Below are positions 1 through 8,000 of a DNA stretch of 12,689 bases, piece by piece. Each line of letters opens with the position of its first letter. The stretch's first letter is position 1. The position numbers and the translations under genes were made by a program. Location: NCBI GenBank assembly GCA_037917675.1, contig JAVCBW010000022.1, forward strand, positions 1 to 12,689. The letters run 5' to 3'. The DNA is from Thermoproteota archaeon (GTDB lineage Archaea; Korarchaeota; Korarchaeia; B14-G2). Below the pieces are notes generated by a model. The model ran no database searches. It saw only the letters and a list, made by a program, of their open reading frames with translations, and was not told the origin of the DNA.

Positions 1-1
1 G

Positions 2-94
2 CTAGCTGAGAAAGCCAGGAAGAGAGCAGAAAACTACACATGGGAAAAGGCAGCTGAAAAGCAGCTCAAGCTATACAGGACCCTAGCAGCCTAG
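2..94 (+). CDS. 3' end of a glycosyltransferase family 4 (GT-B) gene, truncated by the window edge
   Basis: Frame 2 reads LAEKARKRAENYTWEKAAEKQLKLYRTLAA* (TAG 92-94), the typical GT4 C-terminal AR.RA..(Y/F)TWE..A....LY helix pattern. Not in the ORF track. Confidence 0.8.
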   Translation, partial: LAEKARKRAENYTWEKAAEKQLKLYRTLAA

Positions 95-254
95 CCACAA
101 GCTCAAAAGACCCCCTCCAACCTAGCAGCATGCCAAGAGGTAAGTCAAGATATCAAAGAGCTATAGCTCACAGCAGTACGCCAGTGATCTCATATGGTAG
201 GAGATCAGGTAGCCAGAGATCAGCTTAAATACCTCAAGAGCTAAGTGACTTAAG

Positions 255-282
255 TATGTCTATGAGAGGTTATGTCTATGAG
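255..282. repeat. 12-bp direct repeat TATGTCTATGAG with a 16-bp period
   Basis: Exact copies at 255-266 and 271-282, running from a TATA-like TTAAGTA (250-256) into the start codons at 272/278. Confidence 0.85.
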
Positions 283-394
283 CTCAGCCTCCACTAGCAG
301 GAGAGAGTTTAAGAGGAGAATAGGGAGAGTAAAGCATGGTAAGAGGCTGGGGGTAATCAAGAAGCTCGAGGATGAGCATGCCAGTAAGAGTTAA
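272..394 (+). CDS. Small basic ORF (38-40 aa) overlapping the start of the downstream Asn-type retropepsin
   Basis: MSMSSASTSRREFKRRIGRVKHGKRLGVIKKLEDEHASKS*, start 272 or 278. TATA-like box about 20 nt upstream. A similar ORF with the same overlap junction occurs at 4216-4353. Confidence 0.55.
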   Translation: MSMSSASTSRREFKRRIGRVKHGKRLGVIKKLEDEHASKS

Positions 395-794
395 GGTTGA
401 GATCAAGTCTAAGGGAAGCCGAGTAGTCACCTCAGCTCTCCTAAACACAGGCTTCACTACTCTAGAGCCAGAGGTCTTAGTTCCAAAGAAGCTAGCTGAG
501 AAGCTCAGCCTATGGCCTCCACCAGAAAACTCGATACTCGAATCTATCAGCACAGCTGGCGGAGAAGTCCTAAGCTACATCGTCCCGAAATCAATAGAGG
601 TAAAGGTTCTAGCTTCCAAAGCAGCTTCGGAAAGCATAGTATGCAATGCAATAGTATCCATGCATGAGAGAGAAGTGCTACTAAGCGACGCGCTGATAGA
701 AGAGCTGAAAATAGAGATAATCTCGCCAAAAACAGGGATATGGAGGTTCAGAGGGAGGCCAGAGGAGGGAAGCGTGAGACCAGAATACTGGTAG
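378..794 (+). CDS. Retropepsin-like (clan AA, AF_0612/DTGF-type) protein with the catalytic Asp replaced by Asn (NTGF)
   Basis: VRVKVEI...SALLNTGFTTLEPEVLVPKKLAEKLSL, flap-like STAGG and EVLLSDALIEELKI match the retropepsin layout. Start 378 is preferred over 372 by comparison with the paralog at 4304. Confidence 0.75.
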   Translation: MPVRVKVEIKSKGSRVVTSALLNTGFTTLEPEVLVPKKLAEKLSLWPPPENSILESISTAGGEVLSYIVPKSIEVKVLASKAASESIVCNAIVSMHEREVLLSDALIEELKIEIISPKTGIWRFRGRPEEGSVRPEYW

Positions 795-869
795 ACTATC
801 AAGAAAGACAGAGCAGCAGACAGCTAAGGCGCATGCCAGCCTAAAGGCCCCTAGTAAAATACAGCAGAC

Positions 870-1346
870 CTAGCTACAGCATGCTTTAACACTAAGTACC
901 AGGTGGACTTCCCTATAGGGCTCAGACTCAAAGACCCTACTCAAGTCGAGCTCAGGCTCCTTATAGAGCCTGAAAGAAAGCTTAAAGTCCTCCCCTGGTG
1001 CTACAACCTCGAAAACCTCTCTCCAGCACTCCCTGTCATCAAGCGTAATCCTCCTATAGCCAAGCACATCAACCCTACCACCATGCTCAAGTAAGGCAAC
1101 AAGAGCATAATCACAGCTCTCACCCTCAAGGTTCCTGACCTCCACAACAACCCTAAAGACCTCCCCCTCTCTGACAGCACTAGGGAAGGCAGCGATGCCA
1201 TCCTCTGAGACAACATAGAGCTCAGTAGTCCCCTCAGGAGGCCTAAACCAGACCCTAAACACGAGAAACTCAGCGAAAGCCATGGCTAAGACAGCAGCTA
1301 AGACAGCAGCCAAAACCTTATCGACATCAACACCAAGCTCCTCCAA
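870..1346 (-). CDS. DUF1616-domain membrane protein (single N-terminal transmembrane helix plus beta-rich domain)
   Basis: Hydrophobic N-terminus followed by TELYVV..DG..FP, VRNLEG...Y, L.D.E.W, KLSFRLYK and EPYREVHL.LSV, the motif series of DUF1616 proteins seen near archaeal glycosylation genes. Confidence 0.75.
   Translation of the reverse strand: MEELGVDVDKVLAAVLAAVLAMAFAEFLVFRVWFRPPEGTTELYVVSEDGIAAFPSAVREGEVFRVVVEVRNLEGESCDYALVALLEHGGRVDVLGYRRITLDDRECWREVFEVVAPGEDFKLSFRLYKEPELDLSRVFESEPYREVHLVLSVKACCS
1285..1310. repeat. 12-bp tandem duplication (GCTAAGACAGCA x2) in the DUF1616 transmembrane helix
   Basis: Exact copies at 1285-1296 and 1297-1308, encoding the VLAA-VLAA repeat on the minus strand. 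Confidence 0.85.
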
Positions 1347-1478
1347 AAAGCCACCAACAAAGCCTCTAAAGAACCCTATTTAAACCTCAGCTAACACAGC
1401 ATAGCAAACCTCTAAGACAAGGCTCCTAGCATATGAAGCTCATAACATTTTAGAGCGCTACTAGACATAGGATTCCTC

Positions 1479-2483
1479 TTGGCTAGCAGAAGCCTTCCTA
1501 GTGTCACCGTCGTCATAGTATCCTTAAACAGCAGAGACACGATAAGCGAGTGCATAAGCTCAGTTCTCACACAAAACTACCCTAACCTAGAGGTTATCGT
1601 GGTAGATGGAGGCTCAACTGATGGGACAATAGACGTTGTGAAAGCTACTCCAGCAAGGCTCATAGTAGAGCTAGGAGCAGGAATAGCGAGAAGCAGAAAC
1701 ATAGGAGTCAAGCATGCTAAAGGAGAGATAATAGCAATGATAGACTCAGATGCCACAGCAGCACCAGGCTGGCTGAGGAGCCTAGTAGACTGCCTCAGAG
1801 AGCCAGAGGTAGCTGCAGTAGGAGGCCCAAACCTACCCCACCCCTCTGCAAGAGGATTAGGCAAGCTCATAGGTATGCTCCCAATGGAAACCCGACTCTA
1901 CCCAGACATCAGGTATGCTACACACGAGGACATATGTACCAGGAACATAGCTTACAGGAAGAAAGCGATATTAGAAGCTGGAGGCTTCGACGAGGAGCTA
2001 GCAGCCGCTGAAGACATCGACCTAAACTGGAGAATATCCCAGAGAGGATACAAGCTAAAATACACTCCAAAAGCCATAGTCTATCACAGGCCAAGACACA
2101 CACTCAAAGCCCTCATGGCTCAAATACACAGGAATGGAAGAGGACTCGCCCAGCTCATCAAGAAAGGCAGAAGCAAAGCCATAAAAATCCACAAGTACAT
2201 CATAGGAGCCACACTACTACTCACAATACCACTACTAATCCCACTAGCAAAAAACCTCTGGGCAAAAGCCCTCCTCATACCCCTCACCACACTATACCTC
2301 CTACACCCACTCACACAAGCCATAGAAGCCCATAAAAGAGGAGCACCAAAAAAATATCTGCCAGCAATCATCGCACTCACAACCCTAATACAAACAGTAC
2401 TACTAGCCACAATCCTAACAGAGCTACCAACCCGAGAAGAGAGCATAACCAGCCCAAAAAGCTCCAAGCACACAAACCCCTAA
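1479..2483 (+). CDS. Glycosyltransferase family 2 (GT-A) with C-terminal transmembrane helices
   Basis: VTVVIVSLN, EVIVVDGGSTDGT, SRNIGVKHAKGEII, DSD (DxD), GGFDEEL..AEDIDLNWR and A.VYH motifs, followed by about 3 hydrophobic segments. Confidence 0.93.
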   Translation: MASRSLPSVTVVIVSLNSRDTISECISSVLTQNYPNLEVIVVDGGSTDGTIDVVKATPARLIVELGAGIARSRNIGVKHAKGEIIAMIDSDATAAPGWLRSLVDCLREPEVAAVGGPNLPHPSARGLGKLIGMLPMETRLYPDIRYATHEDICTRNIAYRKKAILEAGGFDEELAAAEDIDLNWRISQRGYKLKYTPKAIVYHRPRHTLKALMAQIHRNGRGLAQLIKKGRSKAIKIHKYIIGATLLLTIPLLIPLAKNLWAKALLIPLTTLYLLHPLTQAIEAHKRGAPKKYLPAIIALTTLIQTVLLATILTELPTREESITSPKSSKHTNP

Positions 2484-2800
2484 CACAGCCAAAACACCTT
2501 ACACACATACCACAAAGCACAACCCACCCCATATAGCACCTACTCCAAGAGGCAGCACCAGCCTCCAAGCTCTACCATAGGAAAATACTAACCACACTAC
2601 TCAGCTCCAACAGCTTCAGACAAAACCGGAAAAGTAACAGATCAACAAAGCATAGGCATCACTATCAGAAGACACAGAGGACACAGGCACCTAAAGCCCC
2701 GCAGCCTCCAATATAACAACCCACCAACATGCCACTACCCTATACCCTCTATCTGCTATACCCCACATAAAGTCAACTAGCACCCATATACCACCGCCAT

Positions 2801-3187
2801 TCAGAGCGCCAGCTTCAGCAACACCCCTATCAACGCCATCAACATAGGCAAGTTAAATGCTATAAACACCTTTATGAGCAAAATCACCTGCCCCTCAACC
2901 CTAGCAATACTCTGCTCCAAACCACCCATCCTATCCTCTAACCTACTCAACCTACCCTCTAAGCTACCTACCCTAGCTGTCGTCTCTTCCCCTAGCTGGC
3001 TTATCTCCCTCCTGAGCTCTCCCTCAAGCTTCTCTAGGTCTGCTTTCGTAGCCACCTCCTTCAGTATGGCGTTAGCTAGCGCCAGCCTCACATCCAGCTC
3101 TGCTACCAGCAGCTCTGCAAGCCTCCTCCTAGCTCTAACATCCTCCTCAAAGAGACTAACAATGTCATCAGCAGTCAAAGAGCCCAT
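2801..3187 (-). CDS. Membrane-anchored coiled-coil protein with head, beta-layer neck, stalk and anchor (CCDC90/DUF1640- or PaREP15-like)
   Basis: Helical head RRRLAELLV..DVRLALANAILKE, then VATKAD (hydrophobic-A-T-K-x-D beta-layer consensus), a heptad stalk and a C-terminal hydrophobic helix. TATA-like TTAAAA about 24 nt upstream. Confidence 0.8.
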   Translation of the reverse strand: MGSLTADDIVSLFEEDVRARRRLAELLVAELDVRLALANAILKEVATKADLEKLEGELRREISQLGEETTARVGSLEGRLSRLEDRMGGLEQSIARVEGQVILLIKVFIAFNLPMLMALIGVLLKLAL

Positions 3188-3504
3188 AATCCAACACTGA
3201 AGAGCACCCTTTTAAGTTACCCAGCCAGCAAACAGACCTAAAGCTATAAACACGAGAGAAGAGCTAAAGGTACACTTAAGCATCCAACCCAGCAGTAGTT
3301 CTAGATACCTCCAGCCTCATACCTCTGTAAGCGACTTCTCCCATAACCTCGATCTCTCCACCATAAACAACTTCTATAATCCTGCCGTCTAGTAGCCTCC
3401 TCAACCGTAGTTAACAGCCTGCTATTAGAGGAATACGTCGACTCTCTATCTTCTCCTCACCTCAAAGCATCCACAAACCTTTTGCGGAGCCTTATCCACC
3501 TATA

Positions 3505-3892
3505 TTATTTGCCCATCACATCCTTTGGCTCCACTCTCTCAATATCTGTTTTGTCGAAGTCTTTGTGAACGAAACCATTTGAAGCCCCTTTTCTTCGCGT
3601 AGTAGTGGAGGCCGCCGTCAAAGCCCAAACCGACCTTGCCTGCCAGCCCGCTTGCCATAAGCCCCCGAGGGTAAGTCAGCTACGACTAAGCCCCGCCACC
3701 AGCGATCTCTGATAGAAATCTCGATACAAGCCTTGGATCCCCTAGAGTAGCTGAAATCCCATGTACTGTGAAGTGGAGAATGTAAGACTTGACAACGTCT
3801 GCTTTCACCTTGTTTAGGAATTCATAGCACTCCCTCCACCTCGCTCTCTTGTATAGAAGCTCCCGTACCATGTCAGTATCTATCAAGTACAT
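3505..3892 (-). pseudogene. vapC: PIN-domain (VapC-like) toxin pseudogene with several frameshifts
   Basis: MYLIDTD..ELL at the N-terminus. After frameshifts: WRGLVVADL, GLGFDGGLHYY (degenerate LDFDD) and MVSF-KDFDKTDIERVEPKDVMGK* (stop 3505-3507). Confidence 0.8.
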
Positions 3893-4100
3893 TAGCCCCC
3901 TCCTTAAAGCTTCAACTAAGTCCCCCAAATATAGTCTGATTCAAGCCCTAAGCCCATTAAAGAGTCAACAGTACCGGGGGCTGCTCTACCTGGCTAAGCT
4001 TCCCCTCAAGAATATCAACTAAAGCTTTAGAGAGAGCCTCTCCTCTCAAACCATACTCTCCAGCAGCATACTCGCGAATCCTCTCAGATCCTATAGCCAA
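3893..4100 (-). pseudogene. Putative antitoxin (RHH-like) pseudogene upstream of the PIN gene
   Basis: GGTGA directly before TTG at 4100. Reads ERIREYAAGEYGLRGEALSKALVDILE, then frameshifted GTVDSLMGLGLESDYIW and DLVEALRR abutting the PIN start. The YG...ALSKA motif is typical of archaeal PIN-associated antitoxins. Confidence 0.6.
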
Positions 4101-4215
4101 TCACCACGTGTTAGCGCCCAGAAACCTGCTACACAGTCTACTCGCATCATTAAAAACACTAACTCCTATGAGGTGATGTAAGTGTTAATTTAGGTTTTTA
4201 CAATGATTGTTGGGG

Positions 4216-4353
4216 ATGTTCTTGAGGGAGAAGATAGGCTACATACGTGAGCTAGCTAGGTGTAGAATTGGTAGGATCTACCCTAAGGGCGAGGTTAGAG
4301 AGCATGGCTATAAGGCTGAAGTTAAGGTTAAAGAGAAAGGGAGGACATGTTAA
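4216..4353 (+). CDS. Small basic ORF (45 aa) overlapping the start of the second Asn-type retropepsin
   Basis: MFLREKIGYIRELARCRIGRIYPKGEVREHGYKAEVKVKEKGRTC*. TTAATTTA at 4185-4192, about 24 nt upstream. Same double IG motif and GAGCATG junction as 272-394. Confidence 0.5.
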   Translation: MFLREKIGYIRELARCRIGRIYPKGEVREHGYKAEVKVKEKGRTC

Positions 4354-4476
4354 TGCTGTAGCTCCAGTTAATAGTGGTTATGAAACTCTAGAACCTGAAG
4401 ACTTATACCTTCACGAATAGCCGAGGAGCTAGGCTTACTACCACTACTACCTTCAGGTAGCATGATTAAGGAGTAG
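4304..4476 (+). pseudogene. Truncated, frameshifted paralog of the Asn-type retropepsin (NSGY)
   Basis: MAIRLKLRLKRKGGHVNAVAPVNSGYETLEPE, a 1-nt deletion near 4401, then LIPSRIAEELGLLPLLPSGSMIKE*. Aligns with NTGFTTLEPEVLVPKKLAEKLSL of 378-794. Not in the ORF track. Confidence 0.8.
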
Positions 4477-4505
4477 ATTATTGGAGCATAACATATTGGC
4501 ATAGC

Positions 4506-4960
4506 TTAGAAGCATACTCTAGATTTTTCGATCATCTTATCGGAAAAACGACTATATCTATTAGTTCTCTCGTAGACAGCATGGCTAGCAACGACTGCCC
4601 TATAAGCATTTTTAAGCATAGCCCTAACCATAACATCATACCTTTTTCTTAACCTGATCCCATATCTGGCAGAGGACTCCGTTAAAATACTGTACCCTAT
4701 GCAACGTTACAACAAATGGTATGTTCTTCCTCAGCTTAGCGATGCATGTAACCTGTTCTCTTAGATGAACAAAGTAGACGTGCATTACATTAGACTCTAT
4801 ATTTTCAGCACTTCCCAAAATTCGGTACTATAAATGAGGGATAAAAAGTGAAACATTCTAGGATTGCAGAGTAACAAGTTGTAGAACTTAAAGTTCCTGA
4901 GCTCTTCAACAGACGTTATAACAATAATTCTCTAGGGAATATCAAGTTCTTAGAGGAGGT
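4506..4960 (-). pseudogene. Decayed GT4 glycosyltransferase, N-terminal domain only (boundaries approximate)
   Basis: SNVMHVYFVH...KNIPFVVTLH, then frameshifted ILTESSARYGIRLRKRYDVMVRAMLKNAYRAVVASHAVYE. This matches the D.IHAH / P.VVTLHG / AD.VI.S pattern of Glyco_transf_4. Confidence 0.65.
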
Positions 4961-5058
4961 CAAAAAGACTTAATAAACGATGTGTAACACGGTCGAGTTT
5001 TCAGAGAGAAGGAAGAGATGATTCTTGTTGAAAAGTTTCACGATGAGTCAGCTAAAAC

Positions 5059-6069
5059 TCATGCCTTACATATTGGTGTACAATCGCCCTCTTGCGAAAA
5101 CAATCTGACAATTTCTTTAACAAGCTTCGCTCCTCTAACTTTCATGGAAAACTGCTTCTGTACTCTTTTCCGTGCGCTTCTTCCCTTGTTTGATTTCAAT
5201 GCTTTCCTAATGGCTTCTGCTGTTGCTTTAGGGTCGTTGTATGGCACATAAAAACCTGTGTCACCAACTACCTCCGGAAGTGCATACCTATCTGTTACAA
5301 CTGGTACGCAGGCACAAGCCATGGCTTCAGCTAACGCCACACCGAAAGATTCATGAGCTGAAAGCTGACAATAAACCTTAGCCCTTCGATAATAATCCAA
5401 CAACGCCTCTTCTTGGAGGAAACCTGTAAAAATTACATTAGGGCCAGCAATTTTTTTAAGATGTTGAATCGAGTCATCATATTTCCCGATTAAAACAAAT
5501 TTAGTTTCAGGAAGAAAAGATGCTGTCTTAACAAAAGTGTCAAGTCCCTTTTTCTTTATCGTTAACTCGTTAATAATTGCGACTGTTATGACCAAATCCT
5601 CTTTCTCCCCTGAAGGCTTGAACTTATCTGTATCAACACCGTTATACACTATTTTAAACTTTTTTGGCCTAGTAACCCTCAACATCTCCATAGCTGTCGA
5701 CTTAGAAACAGGCAAAACTATGCTGGCATGTCTTAAAACAAACTTCACTATAACACGCTTTAAACGCGAAAGCAAAAGACCATAACTAATTTCCGGAATA
5801 TAAGCCACATCATATCCGCCGACAACAACTAAGGATTTCTTTCTCAAAAGCATAGAAAAAAGTACAGAGAAAAAAGCATATACATCGGCAAACCAAGTGT
5901 AAACCAAATCAACACAAGCGGTATTTAAAAGTAATTTGAGTATATTTAAAGGTCTAAGATTCGATATCCTAAATTCTTTAACGTCGAAATACCTTTTCAG
6001 AATCTCTAAATCACGGTTAATAAAGCTAGACATGTACTGGTAAACAAACAAAATCCTGATTTTCTTCAC
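5059..6069 (-). CDS. Glycosyltransferase family 4 (GT-B, retaining)
   Basis: VVVGGYDV, YNGVDTDKFKP, KKGL and ESFGVALAEAMACACVPVV (EX7E). GTG at 6069 (VKKIRILFVY) is preferred over the track start at 6132, which overlaps the upstream ORF. Confidence 0.93.
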   Translation of the reverse strand: MKKIRILFVYQYMSSFINRDLEILKRYFDVKEFRISNLRPLNILKLLLNTACVDLVYTWFADVYAFFSVLFSMLLRKKSLVVVGGYDVAYIPEISYGLLLSRLKRVIVKFVLRHASIVLPVSKSTAMEMLRVTRPKKFKIVYNGVDTDKFKPSGEKEDLVITVAIINELTIKKKGLDTFVKTASFLPETKFVLIGKYDDSIQHLKKIAGPNVIFTGFLQEEALLDYYRRAKVYCQLSAHESFGVALAEAMACACVPVVTDRYALPEVVGDTGFYVPYNDPKATAEAIRKALKSNKGRSARKRVQKQFSMKVRGAKLVKEIVRLFSQEGDCTPICKA

Positions 6070-6106
6070 ACAATGTAGTTTTACCGGGTAAAATATGGTT
6101 CTTCCG

Positions 6107-6736
6107 CTATTTAGTGTCGCTGAGAGCATCATGCTCCCCTCCTAACGTGGCTTGAATAAGCCTCATTGCTATAGTTGAGTATTCGAATTCTCTAGCAGGC
6201 TTTGGTCCATTTTCTAAAAGTTTTTCGCTTAGCCCTTTGGAAAGCAGCAGCTTCCTAAGTTTATCTGCTATATCGTGAGAGTCAGTCAACCAATCTTCCC
6301 TACCTTTCCCATAGCTTTCTGAGATAAAAATCCTCTTTGCTAAATCTGCTACTCCCAATTTTCTAGCAACTCTCACACCCCATCTGAGGATCCTAGCTCC
6401 TATCGAGGTGCTCTGCTTCAGCTTCATGTAGCCCTTTGTGATTAGCCACTTGACTAAATTAAATACTCCAGTATTGGTTTCGAAACCGTTATCTGAGACC
6501 AGAATAAGGTATGCGTTTTCGGAATATGCATGCTCTGCGAGAACTCCCACTATATTGCCCATAAGCTTCCAAGGCTCATCGATTCTCCTCGAGTACCTCT
6601 TAGCGAGCTCCTCACTATATAGGGGGTGCTTTAGATCCATAGGGTTAGCGAAGTTAGGCATAAAGACTCCCTCAGTGAGAGATACATCAGAGCACTTCAA
6701 GTACCCCTATCAAGCCTAAACTATAGACTTCACCAT
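6107..6736 (-). pseudogene. Type I phosphodiesterase / alkaline phosphatase superfamily pseudogene with internal deletions
   Basis: Frameshifted N-terminus MVKSIV-GL(DG)...MPNF is joined directly to MDLKHPLY.EELAKRY and LILVSDNGF...FNLVKWLITKGYMKLK (degenerate VSDHGF). Far shorter than intact family members. Confidence 0.7.
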
Positions 6737-7071
6737 ATCGACACCCGGAACCGTACTGGTCTCATCATCCTTGATATAAAAAGTTTCTACACACTAAATC
6801 GAGTAGCATATATCGCCATATCACGAGCACTTGATACGTGTGCCAAGGGGAGAAAAATAGTGCTTGTACTACATGCTTATATCATCTGCTCAGAACCTGT
6901 AGAGTGTTTACCATATGTGCTAGCACACAGTCACCATTAGCTAACCAACTAACTATACACTAGCTCTGCCCCCCTATGCTTCTCAGCACAGACCTGCATA
7001 CAGATACGTAAACTGTTCTACACCACCTCAAGTACATGTCCAGCATATCGTGATGCCGGAATGAGAAGAGG

Positions 7072-7490
7072 TTGAGAATTGCATTAAACTAATCACACAG
7101 CTGCACACAGATGTACAAATGCCTACTATTCAAGCACACCTACATACAAGATCTATAAAACCATAGGAGCCCCCTCCTCAGGCTTCTAAAGCTCTCTAAG
7201 CTAATATACTTACCAGAGCCAACAAGCTGACACCATCCACTAAACTACAGGAATGCTTGCCCTAAGTAAAAAAGGGTTGTTGACATCGACATAGCAGACA
7301 GCTTGTCAGCTATAAATTCATGAAGCTATACGATAAACACTACAGAAACCTGATTCTAAAGCTTCTAACATCAAAACACTGCAAAAAGATAATATGCTAG
7401 AGCAACTGCTGCAAAACAACATACTAGAAGTATTCCCTGAGCTAAATAAGCACAGCCAGAAACTAGCTGCCATATACCCAGCCAGCTCCT
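7072..7490 (+). pseudogene. Heavily decayed GT4-like N-terminal fragment (boundaries approximate)
   Basis: Fragments across frames: DTIH, ALSKK-RVVDID, MKLYDKHYRNLILKLLTSKHCKKII and ILEVFPELNKHSQKLAAIYPA. These resemble archaeal GT4 PWVVD / CKKI / KIEV.YPA motifs. Confidence 0.45.
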
Positions 7491-7581
7491 CATACCAGTC
7501 AACCAGCACACTAAACCACCAACCAGAACCTCCACCCAACTACCTTAAACTCAACACCCAAGGTAGCAAGCACCAAGCTAC

Positions 7582-7617
7582 AAGCCACCCTTCATAGAAG
7601 TGGTGGCTTCTATGAAG
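7582..7617. repeat. Overlapping inverted repeats giving two alternative hairpins; possible terminator
   Basis: CTTCATAGAAG (7590-7600) / CTTCTATGAAG (7607-7617) is a perfect 11-bp inverted repeat. AAGCCACC (7582-7589) / GGTGGCTT (7602-7609) is a perfect 8-bp inverted repeat. Confidence 0.7.
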
Positions 7618-7796
7618 AAAGAGAGACCTAAGAGCAAGGCCACTATATACCTCACCTCTGTACAGGCGTTTTGGGCTGCATACTCTACTCTCCATCTAGG
7701 TAACAGCCAAAAAATCTATGTAGAAGTAGCTCAGGCTCTCTCGGCACTTAATTGGTCTCCTACCTGCGGTACCTGCTTAATGCTCACTGAAGCTCC

Positions 7797-8000
7797 TCAC
7801 GGTGGCTTGACGTCTTTGAATTTCTCGCTAGCTAGCTCCCCTCCAACACCCCAGTTTTCCTTAGGTATCTCGTGGACGATGACCTCAACAGCATGTGACG
7901 GTATCCCGAGCTCTTCAAACACCCCTGTAATTCCCTTAGCCATCCTCTCCTTGGCTTCTCTAGATACACCACTCCACATATACACGACTACTACAGGCAT
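7797..8000 (-). CDS. 4-oxalocrotonate tautomerase family protein (67 aa)
   Basis: M-P start (catalytic Pro-1), G.S.EAK..MAKGIT, AVEVIVHEIPKENWGVGG. True start is ATG 8000 behind a G-rich RBS, not 8054. Confidence 0.92.
   Translation of the reverse strand: MPVVVVYMWSGVSREAKERMAKGITGVFEELGIPSHAVEVIVHEIPKENWGVGGELASEKFKDVKPP

Noticed and set aside
284-3200. Short overlapping ORFs 284-553, 547-729, 575-802, 903-1094, 1001-1216, 1577-1870, 1918-2103, 2120-2473, 2377-2568 and 2874-3200
   Set aside because: Antisense or alternate-frame shadows of better-supported genes.
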